From positions 1 to 52,458 of the forward strand of contig CAJOHP010000001.1 of assembly GCA_905234355.1 (NCBI GenBank): 52,458 nt of DNA. The letters run 5' to 3'. The translations under genes were made by a program, and so were the position numbers. Origin of the DNA: an uncultured Prevotella sp. (GTDB taxonomy: Bacteria; Bacteroidota; Bacteroidia; Bacteroidales; Bacteroidaceae). Under the pieces are notes generated by a model. The model did no database searches. It had not been told where the DNA came from and saw nothing but the letters and a program-made list of their open reading frames with translations. Shown here one piece after another: positions 18,316-32,328 of the stretch (positions within the stretch are counted from its first letter, which is position 1; every line of letters starts with the position of its first letter).

Positions 18316-19308
18316 ATGAGATATATCCAAATTAGCTTGCATTTCTGTCTTGCGCTCTTCCTTTTTTCTTGTGGTAGCACAAGGCCATCCAGTCTTGATA
18401 CGGCTGCTGTCGAAGATGTATTTCTTGCTAAAGACATAGGCGGAGCGGAAGTGGGCAGACGTTTCGAGACCAACTTCTGGAAACTCACCGACATACGTGA
18501 ACAGTATCCTTCTGGTGGCTTAGGCCCGAGCATAAAGGATTCGCTCTTAGATGGTAGAGAAGCCCCTATTATGAAAGGGCGGTATGAGCCAGACGAGATA
18601 AGCCTTTATGGCATCTATGAGAAAAATGGGAAAGTGCGTTGTAAATGCACTTTTTTAGCGGGGCATTACGATAATGGATTCCAGTTGCGGTTCGGACACT
18701 TCTCGCCTGCGCCGTTTAGTACTTTTGGCGTATTGCGTATTGAAGCGTTTTCTGGACGTGAGATGCGTTGTACCACACGTCTGACGAAAGGGGATACTCG
18801 TAAAGACTACGTCGTGACCTTCCAAAGCCTGGACTCATTGCAGGCGCAGTCTGTCTGGCGTATGTTCTCAGAGAGTATGCTTACGTGTGACGAAGTGCTT
18901 GATAAGGCTTCTTTCGACAGTCTGTTCCAGCGGGGCAGTTGGTCCTTTGCCCAGTGCTATGATGTCTATCCCAGCGGACTGTTGAGCCAGGAGCTGAGCT
19001 ATGGGAAGTCAGGGAGTCCGTTGGTGTACTATCAGTGGGAGAATGACTCTCTGTACATGAAAATGGAAGAGTTTTCCGGCAGCGTGACAATTTCTGGCAG
19101 TTACTCCTACGCTCCTCCTGTCTTCATGTTCTTAAGTGATGACCGCCGTATCGTCTTTTTCAATGGTAAGGTGCCTTACACGGTGCTGTCGGCTCGGGAA
19201 GGCGAAATCAGACTACTGGCGCCGACCACCAATCCGCGCGAGGCGATAGCGAGGGTCCTGGTGATGCGACAGCATAATAAGATAAATATGAACGCGCGTA
19301 AGCGTTGA
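18316..19308 (+). CDS. Orphan lipoprotein with atypical composition and apparent internal two-domain duplication
   Basis: Lipobox FLFS-C; more A/T-ending codons than its neighbours; repeated W-x(7)-YPSG segments. Confidence 0.7.
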   Translation: MRYIQISLHFCLALFLFSCGSTRPSSLDTAAVEDVFLAKDIGGAEVGRRFETNFWKLTDIREQYPSGGLGPSIKDSLLDGREAPIMKGRYEPDEISLYGIYEKNGKVRCKCTFLAGHYDNGFQLRFGHFSPAPFSTFGVLRIEAFSGREMRCTTRLTKGDTRKDYVVTFQSLDSLQAQSVWRMFSESMLTCDEVLDKASFDSLFQRGSWSFAQCYDVYPSGLLSQELSYGKSGSPLVYYQWENDSLYMKMEEFSGSVTISGSYSYAPPVFMFLSDDRRIVFFNGKVPYTVLSAREGEIRLLAPTTNPREAIARVLVMRQHNKINMNARKR

Positions 19309-19457
19309 GCCGAAGCCTGCTGCGGGCCCAGCCGGAAAATAATTTTTCAAAAAAAATGGTGAAAGCTTCTTGGCTTTCACTTTTTTTTCCTATCTTTGTA
19401 GTCCTAAAGCGAGAAGAGGGCTTATGCCTTGCCTTTTCCCCCTACTAAGACACGCCT

Positions 19458-21647
<2,190 letters not shown>

Positions 21648-21844
21648 CCCTGTCCCCCCCCACGGAAAAAGTGCCCGCATGCCAAGGCTTCACACTTGTG
21701 CAGGCGGGCACATCACGGAAAAACACAACGATACAAGATAACTATATTTGAGGCGGCAAGGCGTTAAATCGTATTAATTCGTCAATAAAATGATATAAAG
21801 AGAAGCCTTGAGTGCAGAAAAATGTGTATCTTTGCACGCAATAA

Positions 21845-23344
<1,500 letters not shown>

Positions 23345-23354
23345 ACAACGCATC

Positions 23355-24803
23355 ATGAAAAAGATAGTAAAGACAGCCGCCTTGCTACTCGCTGCTGTCC
23401 CCTATGCTGCGCTTTCTGCGCAGACCCAGCAGCAGACAGCCGACGACCCTGTCATCATGACCATCAACGGGCAGCCTGTGCTGCGCTCAGAGTTTGAATA
23501 CTCCTACAACAAAAACAACTCCGAGGGCGTCATCGACAAGAAGAGCGTGGAGGAGTATGTCGACCTCTTCGTCAACTACAAGATGAAGGTATGTGCCGCC
23601 CTCGACGCCCGTCTCGACACGCTCACCTCGTTCAAGAACGAGTTTGCCCAGTATCGCGACCAGCAACTCCTGCCCGCCATGGTGACCGACGCCGACGTGG
23701 AGACCGAGGCCCACCGCATCTACGACGAGACGGTGCAGCGCATAGGCCCCGACGGGCTCATCCTCACCGCCCACATCCTCCTGCGCGTGCCACAGCAGGG
23801 CTCACAGGACGAGCTTGCGAAGGCGAAGGTGCGCATCGACTCTATATACAACGCACTCAAGGCGGGAGCCGACTTCGGCGAGCTGGCCACCAAGTGCTCG
23901 CAGGACCCGGGGTCGGCACAGCGCGGCGGACTGCTCGGCTATGCACAGCGCGGACAGTTTGTCAAGGAGTTTGAAGACGCTGCCTTCGCCCTGCGCGACA
24001 GCGGCGACATCTCGCCCGTCGTGCAGTCGCCATTCGGCTACCACATCATACAGCTGCGTGGACGCAAGCAGCTCGAGCCCTTTGAGTTCCACCACGACAA
24101 TATCCTGCGCTTCATCGAGCAGCGCGGACTGCGCGACCGCATCGCCGAGCAAAAGGTGGACTCGCTCGTGAAGACGTCGGGAAAGACACGCGCTCAGTAC
24201 ATGGACGACCTGGCCGAGACGATGTCGGCTGGCGACATGGAACTGAAGAACCTCATACGCGAGTATCACGACGGACTGCTCTTCTTCGAGATCAGCAACC
24301 GCGAGGTGTGGGACAAGGCCGCCAAGGACGAGCAGGGACTGAAGACGTTCTTCAAGAAAAACAAGAAGAAGTATAATTGGGATGAGCCGCGCTTCAAGGG
24401 CATGGCCTACCATGTGAAGACACAAGACGACGTGGCCGCCGTGCGCGATGCCGTGAAGAAACTGCCCTTCGACCAGTGGGCCGAGAAGCTGCGCACCACG
24501 TTCAATGCCGACAGCGTCATACGCATACGTGTGGAGAAGGGCATCTTCAAGCAGGGCGACAATGCCGTCGTGGACAGCATCATCTTCAAGAAGGACACCA
24601 CCGTGACTCACCTGAAGGACTATCCCATCGACGCCGCCTACGGCAAGATACTCAAGAAAGGCCCCGAGGACTACACCGACGTGCGGCCGCTGGTCGTGCA
24701 GGACTATCAGGAGATGCTCGAGAAGCAGTGGGTCGAGGCGCTGCGCCGCAAGTATGCCTACAGCGTGAACAGGGACGTGTTGGACACCGTAAACAAGCAC
24801 TGA
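23355..24803 (+). CDS. Periplasmic parvulin-type peptidyl-prolyl isomerase
   Basis: ATG 23355 (MKKIVK..., signal peptide); AHILL, SQDPGSAQRGGLLG, FEDAAF, SPFGYHII. Confidence 0.88.
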   Translation: MKKIVKTAALLLAAVPYAALSAQTQQQTADDPVIMTINGQPVLRSEFEYSYNKNNSEGVIDKKSVEEYVDLFVNYKMKVCAALDARLDTLTSFKNEFAQYRDQQLLPAMVTDADVETEAHRIYDETVQRIGPDGLILTAHILLRVPQQGSQDELAKAKVRIDSIYNALKAGADFGELATKCSQDPGSAQRGGLLGYAQRGQFVKEFEDAAFALRDSGDISPVVQSPFGYHIIQLRGRKQLEPFEFHHDNILRFIEQRGLRDRIAEQKVDSLVKTSGKTRAQYMDDLAETMSAGDMELKNLIREYHDGLLFFEISNREVWDKAAKDEQGLKTFFKKNKKKYNWDEPRFKGMAYHVKTQDDVAAVRDAVKKLPFDQWAEKLRTTFNADSVIRIRVEKGIFKQGDNAVVDSIIFKKDTTVTHLKDYPIDAAYGKILKKGPEDYTDVRPLVVQDYQEMLEKQWVEALRRKYAYSVNRDVLDTVNKH

Positions 24804-24804
24804 T

Positions 24805-26178
24805 ATGACCGGAAGCAGATGGATGATAGCCCTGTCGTGTGTCGCTTGTCTGTCGGCATCCAGCCCTGTGCAGGCACAGAGTGTCGTCGACGAGGTCATC
24901 TGGGTCGTGGGCGACGAGCCCATCCTGCGTAGCGAAGTTGAGGTGTCGCGCATCCAGGCCGCCATGCAGGGCATACGCTGGAGTGGCGACCCCGACTGCA
25001 TGATACCCGAAGACCTCGCCGTGCAGAAGCTCTTCCTCCATCAGGCCGCCATCGACAGTATAGAGGTGACCGAGTCGGAAATCAACTCGGAGATAGAGCA
25101 GCGCATAGACTATATGGTCTCGCAGATAGGCTCGCGCGAGAAACTTGAGGAGTACCGCAAGCAGAGCATCAGCCAGATACGGCAGTCCATGCACGACGAC
25201 CTGCGCGACCAGATGCTCATACAGCGCATGAAGCAGAGCCTCGTCAAGGACATACAGGTGACTCCAGCCGAGGTGCGCCGATACTTCAAGGACATGTCGC
25301 CGGACAGCATACCCTATGTGCCCACCGAGGTCGAGGTGCAGATCATCACGCAGACACCACGCGTAGCTCCCGAGGAGATCAACCGCGTGAAGGACCAGCT
25401 GCGCAGCTACACCGACCGTGTGACGCGCGGTGAGACCACCTTCCAGACCTTGGCCCGACTCTACAGCCAGGACCCTGGCACGGCACGCAGTGGAGGCGAG
25501 CTCGACTACACTGGCCGCGCCACGCTCGACCCGGCATTTGCCAGCGTAGCCTTCAACCTCACCGACCCGAAGAAGATATCGAAGATTGTAGAGTCGGAGT
25601 TCGGATACCATATCATTCAGCTCGTCGACAAGCGTGGCGACAAGGTCAAGGTGCGTCACATCCTGCTCAAGCCTGAGGTGAGCGACTCTTCGGTCAGCGC
25701 CTCGCTGGCACGACTCGACAGCATCGCTGCCGACATAAGGGCGGCGAAGTTTACCTTCGAGGACGGAGCGTCCATCATCAGCGACGACAAGGACACACGC
25801 AACAACCGCGGACTCATGGCCAACCTCGTGGAGCGCGGCGGACAGCGCATGCAGACCTCGCGGTTCCAGCTGCAGGACCTGCCGTCGGAGATTGCCAGGG
25901 TGGTCGACACCATGCAGGTGGGACAGATCTCGGCCCCTTTCACCATGATCAACCAGCGCGGAAAGACCGTCTGTGTCATTGCCAAGCTGAAGAGCCGCAC
26001 AGAGGGGCACAAGGCCATGATCACCGAAGACTTCCAGGTGATGAAGGACGTAGTGATGGCCAAGCGTCGGGAACAGGCTCTGCACGACTGGGTGGTGAAG
26101 AAGATACGCACCACTTACGTCTGGGTGAAGGACGAGTATCGCAACTGCAAGTATGAGTACGAAGGGTGGATACGCTAA
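24805..26178 (+). CDS. SurA-like chaperone/PPIase
   Basis: Signal peptide; VVDEVIWVVGDEPILRSEVE SurA-type N-domain; two parvulin domains (SQDPG..GGEL, SEFGYHII, VRHILL). Confidence 0.85.
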   Translation: MTGSRWMIALSCVACLSASSPVQAQSVVDEVIWVVGDEPILRSEVEVSRIQAAMQGIRWSGDPDCMIPEDLAVQKLFLHQAAIDSIEVTESEINSEIEQRIDYMVSQIGSREKLEEYRKQSISQIRQSMHDDLRDQMLIQRMKQSLVKDIQVTPAEVRRYFKDMSPDSIPYVPTEVEVQIITQTPRVAPEEINRVKDQLRSYTDRVTRGETTFQTLARLYSQDPGTARSGGELDYTGRATLDPAFASVAFNLTDPKKISKIVESEFGYHIIQLVDKRGDKVKVRHILLKPEVSDSSVSASLARLDSIAADIRAAKFTFEDGASIISDDKDTRNNRGLMANLVERGGQRMQTSRFQLQDLPSEIARVVDTMQVGQISAPFTMINQRGKTVCVIAKLKSRTEGHKAMITEDFQVMKDVVMAKRREQALHDWVVKKIRTTYVWVKDEYRNCKYEYEGWIR

Positions 26179-26250
26179 AGCTGATAAATGAGAGATGATA
26201 AGTGAGAGATCGCTGAGAAGTAGTAACCATAGATAACTGCAGATAGAGGC

Positions 26251-28134
26251 TTGACACGAGACCATCATAACACAACAGTCAGCAACGGTCACAGAAGCGC
26301 CACCATGGTGCTTCTGTGCCTGCTTTGCTTCTCTGTGCTGTATGCTGCGACCGTGCCGCATCCCTCGCAGTCCCATCCCACTCAGTCTCAGTCTCAGTCC
26401 TCACCGGCTGCTCTGGCCATGATCGCTTCTGCTGCAAAGAAACAGCAGGCTGTGCGCCGGCGTAGGCCTGCCGGCTATCAGACACCCGACAAGAAGCGCG
26501 TCTACCTCATACACTCCGACGAGCTCAGCTACGACCGATGGCGAAACAACGGCGCTCAGGTGCTCAGAGGCCATGTGGAGTTTGAGCACGACGGCGCAAG
26601 GCTACTCTGCGACAGTGCCAACTATTTCGAGGACACCAACTCCTTCGAGGCTTTCGGACACGTGCGCATGTATCAGGGCGACACCCTCTCGCTCACCAGC
26701 GACTTCGGATTCTACGACGGCAACGACCAGATGATGCAGGCGCTGCAGAACGTGGTGCTGAAAAACCGACAGACCACACTCTACACCGACTCGCTCTACT
26801 ACGACCGGCTATGGTCCATGGGCTACTTCCAGGAGGGAGGAAAGCTCGTCGACGGCACCACCACGCTCACCAGCGACTGGGGAGAGTATCATGCCGACAC
26901 AAAGATGGCCGTGTTCTACTACGATGTACAGATGAAGGACAAGCGGTTCTTCCTCACCACCGACTCGCTCTACTACGACACACACGGGAAACTGGCACAC
27001 ATCGTCGGACCCAGCGACATCACCTCTGGCAAGAGCCATATCTACTCCGAGCTGGGCTACTACAGCACCGACACCGAGCAGGGACGGCTGCTCAACCGCT
27101 CTGTGCTCGACAACCAGGGACGCATACTCACCGGCGACAGCCTCTGGTACGATGGCAAGACAGGCATCAGCGAGGCTTTCTATGACATTGTCTATACTGA
27201 CACCGTCAACAAGAACAAGCTCACCGGCAACTACGGCTACTACGAGGACTCCACAGGCTATGCCATGTGCACCGACAGTGCCATGACCATAGACTACTCG
27301 CAGCGCGACTCGCTCTACATGCATGCCGACACGTTCAAGGTCTTCACCTACAACATACGCACAGACTCCGTCTACCGCGTCATTCATGCGTATAATAAGG
27401 TGCGGGCCTATCGCTTGGACGTACAGGCTGTGTGCGACTCTCTCGTCTACAACTCGCAGGACTCCTGCATGACCATGTATCGCGACCCCATCGTGTGGAA
27501 CCAGAACCAGCAGCTCGTGGGCGAGCAGATACAGGTGTTTATGAAGGACTCGGTCGTCGACCATGCACACGTCATCAACCAGGCCTTCTCCGTAGAGCAA
27601 TTGCCACAAGAACAGATGTTCAATCAGGTGTCGTCGACAGAGATGTTTGCCTTCTTCGAGAAGGGACAGATGCACGAGGGACGCGCTAAGGACAACGTGC
27701 TCGTGGTCTACTATCCGGAAGACGAGTCCGACAGCTCCTATGTGGGACTGGTCTACATGGAGACCAGCGAGCTGCGCATGTTTATGGAGAACCGTAAGCT
27801 GCAGCGCATCTGGGCACCGAAGAGTGAGGGCAAGATGTATCCCATGTCGCAGATACCGCCGCAGAAGCGATTCCTCGAGGGCTTCAACTGGTTCGACTAC
27901 ATCCGCCCGCTGTCGAAAGAAGACATCTTCGTATGGCGCCCTAAGAAGCAAGGCACCGAGCTCAAGCCGCAGAAACGACGCGAAGCTCCAAAAATGAAGC
28001 TGCCTGGCCTCTCTTCTGAAGTACAAAAAGTCACAGAGGTCCCAGGAGCCTCAGAGGCCCCATTAGTCCCAGAGACCCCGGAAGTCCCGGAGACCCCAGC
28101 CACCCAGTCCGATGAAGAAGCCGCGTCCCTTTAG
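26251..28134 (+). CDS. OstA/LptA-like beta-jellyroll envelope protein (start uncertain: 26251 TTG or 26305 ATG)
   Basis: Repeated L.CDS/L.TDSLYYD beta-repeats, AFGHVRM.QGDTL; Pro/Glu-rich tail. Confidence 0.78.
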   Translation: MTRDHHNTTVSNGHRSATMVLLCLLCFSVLYAATVPHPSQSHPTQSQSQSSPAALAMIASAAKKQQAVRRRRPAGYQTPDKKRVYLIHSDELSYDRWRNNGAQVLRGHVEFEHDGARLLCDSANYFEDTNSFEAFGHVRMYQGDTLSLTSDFGFYDGNDQMMQALQNVVLKNRQTTLYTDSLYYDRLWSMGYFQEGGKLVDGTTTLTSDWGEYHADTKMAVFYYDVQMKDKRFFLTTDSLYYDTHGKLAHIVGPSDITSGKSHIYSELGYYSTDTEQGRLLNRSVLDNQGRILTGDSLWYDGKTGISEAFYDIVYTDTVNKNKLTGNYGYYEDSTGYAMCTDSAMTIDYSQRDSLYMHADTFKVFTYNIRTDSVYRVIHAYNKVRAYRLDVQAVCDSLVYNSQDSCMTMYRDPIVWNQNQQLVGEQIQVFMKDSVVDHAHVINQAFSVEQLPQEQMFNQVSSTEMFAFFEKGQMHEGRAKDNVLVVYYPEDESDSSYVGLVYMETSELRMFMENRKLQRIWAPKSEGKMYPMSQIPPQKRFLEGFNWFDYIRPLSKEDIFVWRPKKQGTELKPQKRREAPKMKLPGLSSEVQKVTEVPGASEAPLVPETPEVPETPATQSDEEAASL

Positions 28135-28375
28135 CCATAAGCCCATCTACATCGACAGCCGTCAGGAGCGCCTCGATGCCATCAGGCAACGTGCGCGCCA
28201 TGAGCTCGGCCTGGACCGCGGCACCGATGCCTCCTGCGCGACGGCCGAGGCCCTGCATGCTGCCATGCGCACCACACGGCGCCACGACAGCGCGGCGCCC
28301 GTGAGCGCTCTTGCCTTGCCTGTGGCTGCCGTCATCTTACTTGTCCTATTGATAGCTTGGAGATTTCTGTTATGA
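28112..28375 (+). CDS. Small membrane-anchored hypothetical protein
   Basis: [18 protein letters not shown]-terminus and C-terminal TM helix; its stop overlaps the mutL ATG. Confidence 0.7.
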   Translation: MKKPRPFSHKPIYIDSRQERLDAIRQRARHELGLDRGTDASCATAEALHAAMRTTRRHDSAAPVSALALPVAAVILLVLLIAWRFLL

Positions 28376-30204
28376 GCGATGTCATACAGCTTTTGCCCGA
28401 CAGCGTGGCCAATCAGATAGCCGCAGGCGAGGTGATACAGCGCCCCGCCTCGGTCATCAAGGAACTTGTGGAAAACTCGGTCGATGCCGGCGCCAAGAAC
28501 ATACAGGTGCTGGTGGTCGATGCGGGTCGCACCACCATACAGGTCATCGACGACGGCCGGGGCATGTCGGAGACCGACGCCCGGCTGGCCTTCGAGCGCC
28601 ACGCCACATCGAAGATACGCAAGGCCGACGACCTCTTCGCACTCCACACCATGGGCTTCCGCGGCGAGGCGCTGCCCTCGATAGTGGCCGTGGCGCAGGT
28701 GGAGCTCACCGCACGCATGAGTGGCGACGAGCTGGGCACAAGGCTCCTCATGCAGGGCTCCCGACTCGTCTCGCAGGAGCCGGTGGCCTGTCCCGTGGGA
28801 TGCAACTTCAAGGTGGAGAACCTTTTCTTCAACGTGCCCGCAAGACGGAAGTTCCTCAAGTCGAACACCACCGAGCTGGCCAATATCCTCACCGCCTTCG
28901 AGCGCATCGCACTGGTCTATCCCGACATCGCCTTCACCCTGCACAGCAACGGATCGGAACTGATGAACCTCAGGGCCGGGACGCTGCGACAGCGCATCGT
29001 CGACATCTTCGGCAAGAAGCTCAACCAGGAACTGCTGCCCGTAGAGGTCGACACGGCCATCTGCCGTATCAGCGGCTTTGTGGGAAAGCCTGAGTCGGCC
29101 AAGAAAAAAGGGGCACACAACTACTTCTTCGTCAACGGACGCTACATGCGCCATGCCTACTTCCACAAAGCCGTGGCCAGTGCCTACGACCGGCTTGTGC
29201 CGCAGGGCGAGCAGGTGCCCTATTTCATCTACTTCGATGTGAGCCCGGCCGACATCGACGTGAACATCCACCCCACGAAGACGGAGATAAAGTTTGAAAA
29301 CGAGCAGAGCATCTGGCAGATACTCATGGCGGCCGTGAGAGACGCCATCGGTCGCTTCTGCGAGGTACCGTCCATCGACTTCGACACCGAGGGACGCCCC
29401 GACATCCCAGTGTTCGACCCTATGAACAATGCCGTCGAGATGCCCAAGGTGAGCTACAATCCCGCCTACAACCCCTTCCAGTCATCAGCCCGCCCAGCGC
29501 AGCACACGGCGCCCACCGACTGGCAGCAGCTCTACGAGGGAGCGCTGGCCACACCGGCCGACACCGAGACACCCGACCTGTTCGGACCGACCGACGAGCT
29601 GCCGGCCGCCACAGACAAGCACGCCGACCTCATCGCCGAGAAGTCGCCGGCGCACTATCAGTACAAGGGCCGCTACATCATGACCGCAGTGAAGTCGGGA
29701 CTGATGATTATAGACCAGCAACGCGCCGACATCCGCATACGCTACGAGCGCTATATGGCACAGCTCTCCAGACAGACAGCCCGAACGCAGCGCCTGCTCT
29801 TCCCCGAGGTGCTACAGCTGCCGCCGTCGGACGCTGTGGTGCTACAGCGCATCATGCCCGACCTGCAGCACATGGGCTTCGAACTCAGCGACCTCGGGGG
29901 CACCAGCTATGCCGTGGCCGGCGTACCTGCCGAGCTCGACGGCATGGACCCCGTGACCCTTGTCAGACACATCGTGGCGGATGCCGCCGACAGCACACAA
30001 GGCACGGCCGAGGCACTGCACGCCGCGCTCGCCCTGAGCCTCGCACGCCATGCCGCCATACCGCAGGGACAGGTGCTCACCAATGAAGAGATGGAGCGCG
30101 TGGTCAACGAGCTCTTCGCTTGCTCCAACGTGAACTACACCCCAGACGGACGAGCCATACTCTGCATACTCGAGCAGCACGACATAGAGAAACTATTCGG
30201 GTAA
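28372..30204 (+). CDS. mutL: DNA mismatch repair protein MutL
   Basis: [56 protein letters not shown]. Confidence 0.97.
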   Translation: MSDVIQLLPDSVANQIAAGEVIQRPASVIKELVENSVDAGAKNIQVLVVDAGRTTIQVIDDGRGMSETDARLAFERHATSKIRKADDLFALHTMGFRGEALPSIVAVAQVELTARMSGDELGTRLLMQGSRLVSQEPVACPVGCNFKVENLFFNVPARRKFLKSNTTELANILTAFERIALVYPDIAFTLHSNGSELMNLRAGTLRQRIVDIFGKKLNQELLPVEVDTAICRISGFVGKPESAKKKGAHNYFFVNGRYMRHAYFHKAVASAYDRLVPQGEQVPYFIYFDVSPADIDVNIHPTKTEIKFENEQSIWQILMAAVRDAIGRFCEVPSIDFDTEGRPDIPVFDPMNNAVEMPKVSYNPAYNPFQSSARPAQHTAPTDWQQLYEGALATPADTETPDLFGPTDELPAATDKHADLIAEKSPAHYQYKGRYIMTAVKSGLMIIDQQRADIRIRYERYMAQLSRQTARTQRLLFPEVLQLPPSDAVVLQRIMPDLQHMGFELSDLGGTSYAVAGVPAELDGMDPVTLVRHIVADAADSTQGTAEALHAALALSLARHAAIPQGQVLTNEEMERVVNELFACSNVNYTPDGRAILCILEQHDIEKLFG

Positions 30205-30410
30205 ATAGATATGTTCTTACTGCTGTGCACAGATGGCAAAACTGAAGAGGAAATGTGGCTTTATAGCCTTTTCTTCCCGTTTTTTTGATGTTTTTTGCAC
30301 AAAATTCGTAATTTGTTACCCTTTTTTGTTGGAAGTATGAATTATTTTGTCTACTTTTGCAAGCAAATTCGGTATATAACGTTATTATCACTAAATAGTT
30401 TTTAAAAGTT

Positions 30411-31589
30411 ATGAAGAAGTTTTTAATGATGCTGGCTTTGGCCGGCGTGTCTATGTCTGGTATGGCTCAGACAGGTGAAACTCCTGCAATGAAGTATAGC
30501 GTAGCTACCAACTCGTTCTGGAGCAACTGGTTCATTACTGCCGACATCTCCGGTTCGTCGTGGTATAGCAACGAAGAGCATGCCGACAAGGCCATTCGTG
30601 GCGACAAGAGCGGTCTTTTCGAGAGCTTCCGCACCAACCTCGGTGCATCGGTGAGCATTGGTAAGTGGTTCACTCCCGGTCTCGGTCTCCGCACAAAGGT
30701 CAACGGCATCTGGGGGCGCAGCGTGCTCACCAACGATGCATCGAAGAACGCCATGAAGTACTGGAACGCACAGGAGCAGGTGCTCTTCAATCTGAGCAAC
30801 CTCTTCTGCGGCTACAACGAGACCCGCGTGTGGAACCTCATCCCCTATGTGGGTGTAGGCATCATGCGCAACTGCTCGCTCAATGAGTATGGTCACGGCT
30901 ACAGCGCTGGTCTGATGAACACATGGAGACTCTCCAAGCACCTCGCTATCAACCTCGACCTGGGCTTCCAGCTCTCCGACGACGATCTCGACCACGTGAA
31001 CGGCCCCGCCCTCACGCAGCACGATGCTTATGCCACCTCTATCCCTGCCACCGACCGCTACTTCACCGCTGAGGTCGGTCTGACCTTCAATCTCGGCAAG
31101 TCCACCTGGAGCAAGACTCCCGACGTGGATGCCATCAAGGCCCTCTCGCAGAGCCAGATCGACGCACTCAACGCTCAGCTCGCCGACGAGCAGGCCGAGA
31201 ATGCCCGCCTGAAGAATCTGCTGGCCAACCAGCCGAAGGCAGAGACCAAGACCGTCACTGTCAAGGAGGTGGTGGCTACTCCCGTCTCGGTGTTCTTCAA
31301 CCTGGGCAAGTCGCAGATTGCTTCGCGCAAGGACCTGCAGAACGTGCAGGAGCTGGCCAACGCTGCCAAGGACAAGGGCTGCAAGATTGTCGTCACCGGC
31401 TATGCTGACAGCAAGACTGGCAACGCCAACCTCAACCAGCGTCTGAGCGAGAAGCGTGCAGAGGCCGTCAAGAAGGAACTCGTGAAGATGGGTGTCAGCG
31501 AGAGCAACATTGAGACCGTCGCTGCTGGCGGCGTCGACACGCTCCGTCCTATCTCTTACAACCGTCGCGCTACTGTCGAGCTGAAGTAA
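30411..31589 (+). CDS. OmpA-family major outer membrane protein
   Basis: Signal peptide; VATNSFWSNWF; GKWFTPGLGLR barrel; GYAD..TG..N.RLSEKRA..V OmpA C-domain; TACTTTTG box at 30352-30359. Confidence 0.93.
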   Translation: MKKFLMMLALAGVSMSGMAQTGETPAMKYSVATNSFWSNWFITADISGSSWYSNEEHADKAIRGDKSGLFESFRTNLGASVSIGKWFTPGLGLRTKVNGIWGRSVLTNDASKNAMKYWNAQEQVLFNLSNLFCGYNETRVWNLIPYVGVGIMRNCSLNEYGHGYSAGLMNTWRLSKHLAINLDLGFQLSDDDLDHVNGPALTQHDAYATSIPATDRYFTAEVGLTFNLGKSTWSKTPDVDAIKALSQSQIDALNAQLADEQAENARLKNLLANQPKAETKTVTVKEVVATPVSVFFNLGKSQIASRKDLQNVQELANAAKDKGCKIVVTGYADSKTGNANLNQRLSEKRAEAVKKELVKMGVSESNIETVAAGGVDTLRPISYNRRATVELK

Positions 31590-31636
31590 GCTCGGCTACG
31601 GCAAAGACCACGCAACAGAACGGTTGCTGACAAGTC

Positions 31637-31680
31637 AGCGGCCGACGGGAAGCAATAAGCCCGTCGGCCGCTTTTTCTTT
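31637..31680 (+). terminator. Rho-independent terminator of the OmpA gene
   Basis: AGCGGCCGACGGG / CCCGTCGGCCGCT stem followed by TTTTCTTT. Confidence 0.85.
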
Positions 31681-31818
31681 GCGTGCACGCCCTTTCGCCT
31701 TCTGCTATGTTTCGTGGGGTCTGTCATTGACACAGCAAGCCGCATCACACGGCAAAAGACACCGCGCGGCAGGAGGCACCGCACGGCAAACACACCCTAC
31801 GGCGATTGCACCATCCGC

Positions 31819-31877
31819 CGTTTACCCCCTAAACGAGGGACGTCTACCCCCTAAACGAACATCCGCTACCCCCTGGC
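31819..31877. repeat. Truncated three-unit 22-bp-period array (C5 type), copy C
   Basis: TACCCCCT at 31823, 31845 and 31867. Confidence 0.85.
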
Positions 31878-31933
31878 TACGCGATGGCATTCGAAGTAGT
31901 GAACGACTTTTTCAAGTAGACTCATTAATCAAT

Positions 31934-31972
31934 ATTCGTGAATAATTCGTGGCAAATTCGTGATAATTCGTG
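31934..31972. repeat. ATTCGTG heptamer x4 at 10-11 bp spacing
   Basis: ATTCGTG at 31934, 31945, 31956 and 31966. Confidence 0.75.
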
Positions 31973-32022
31973 TTTTGAAAAAAAACAATTCATTACCATG
32001 AATAATTGAGGTTAGATGTTTC

Positions 32023-32044
32023 GGACAGGCTAGCCTGTCCCTAC
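32023..32044 (-). repeat. GTAG-type REP-like palindrome
   Basis: The minus strand reads GTAG followed by the perfect 18-bp palindrome GGACAGGCTAGCCTGTCC. Confidence 0.55.
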
Positions 32045-32328
32045 AGCGGGTGGCATGGCCAGTAACTGCGAAAATAGGACTACCCTGATTTCAAGTCCGG
32101 CTGAACGGAGCAGAAAACTCTTATTGTGTATAGTGGTAAAATATGTTAAACTTGTAGCGGCTGTAATAACTTATCCATAGAAAAATAGTAACTTTGCAGA
32201 GTTTTTATCGGTAAAGTTGCCATTAGTCTGCCAGGCTCAGTCTTTTGCAGATTGTTTGGAACACCGTTGCATAATGAGATAATAAGAGAAAGGAATTTAA
32301 TCAAGTAATATTATACAAACTTCAAGGT

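Noticed and set aside
28020-28110. EVP/ETP repeats at the end of the OstA-like protein and the GAGAGATGATAA repeats at 26180-26220
   Set aside because: Short low-complexity slippage with no evidence of function.
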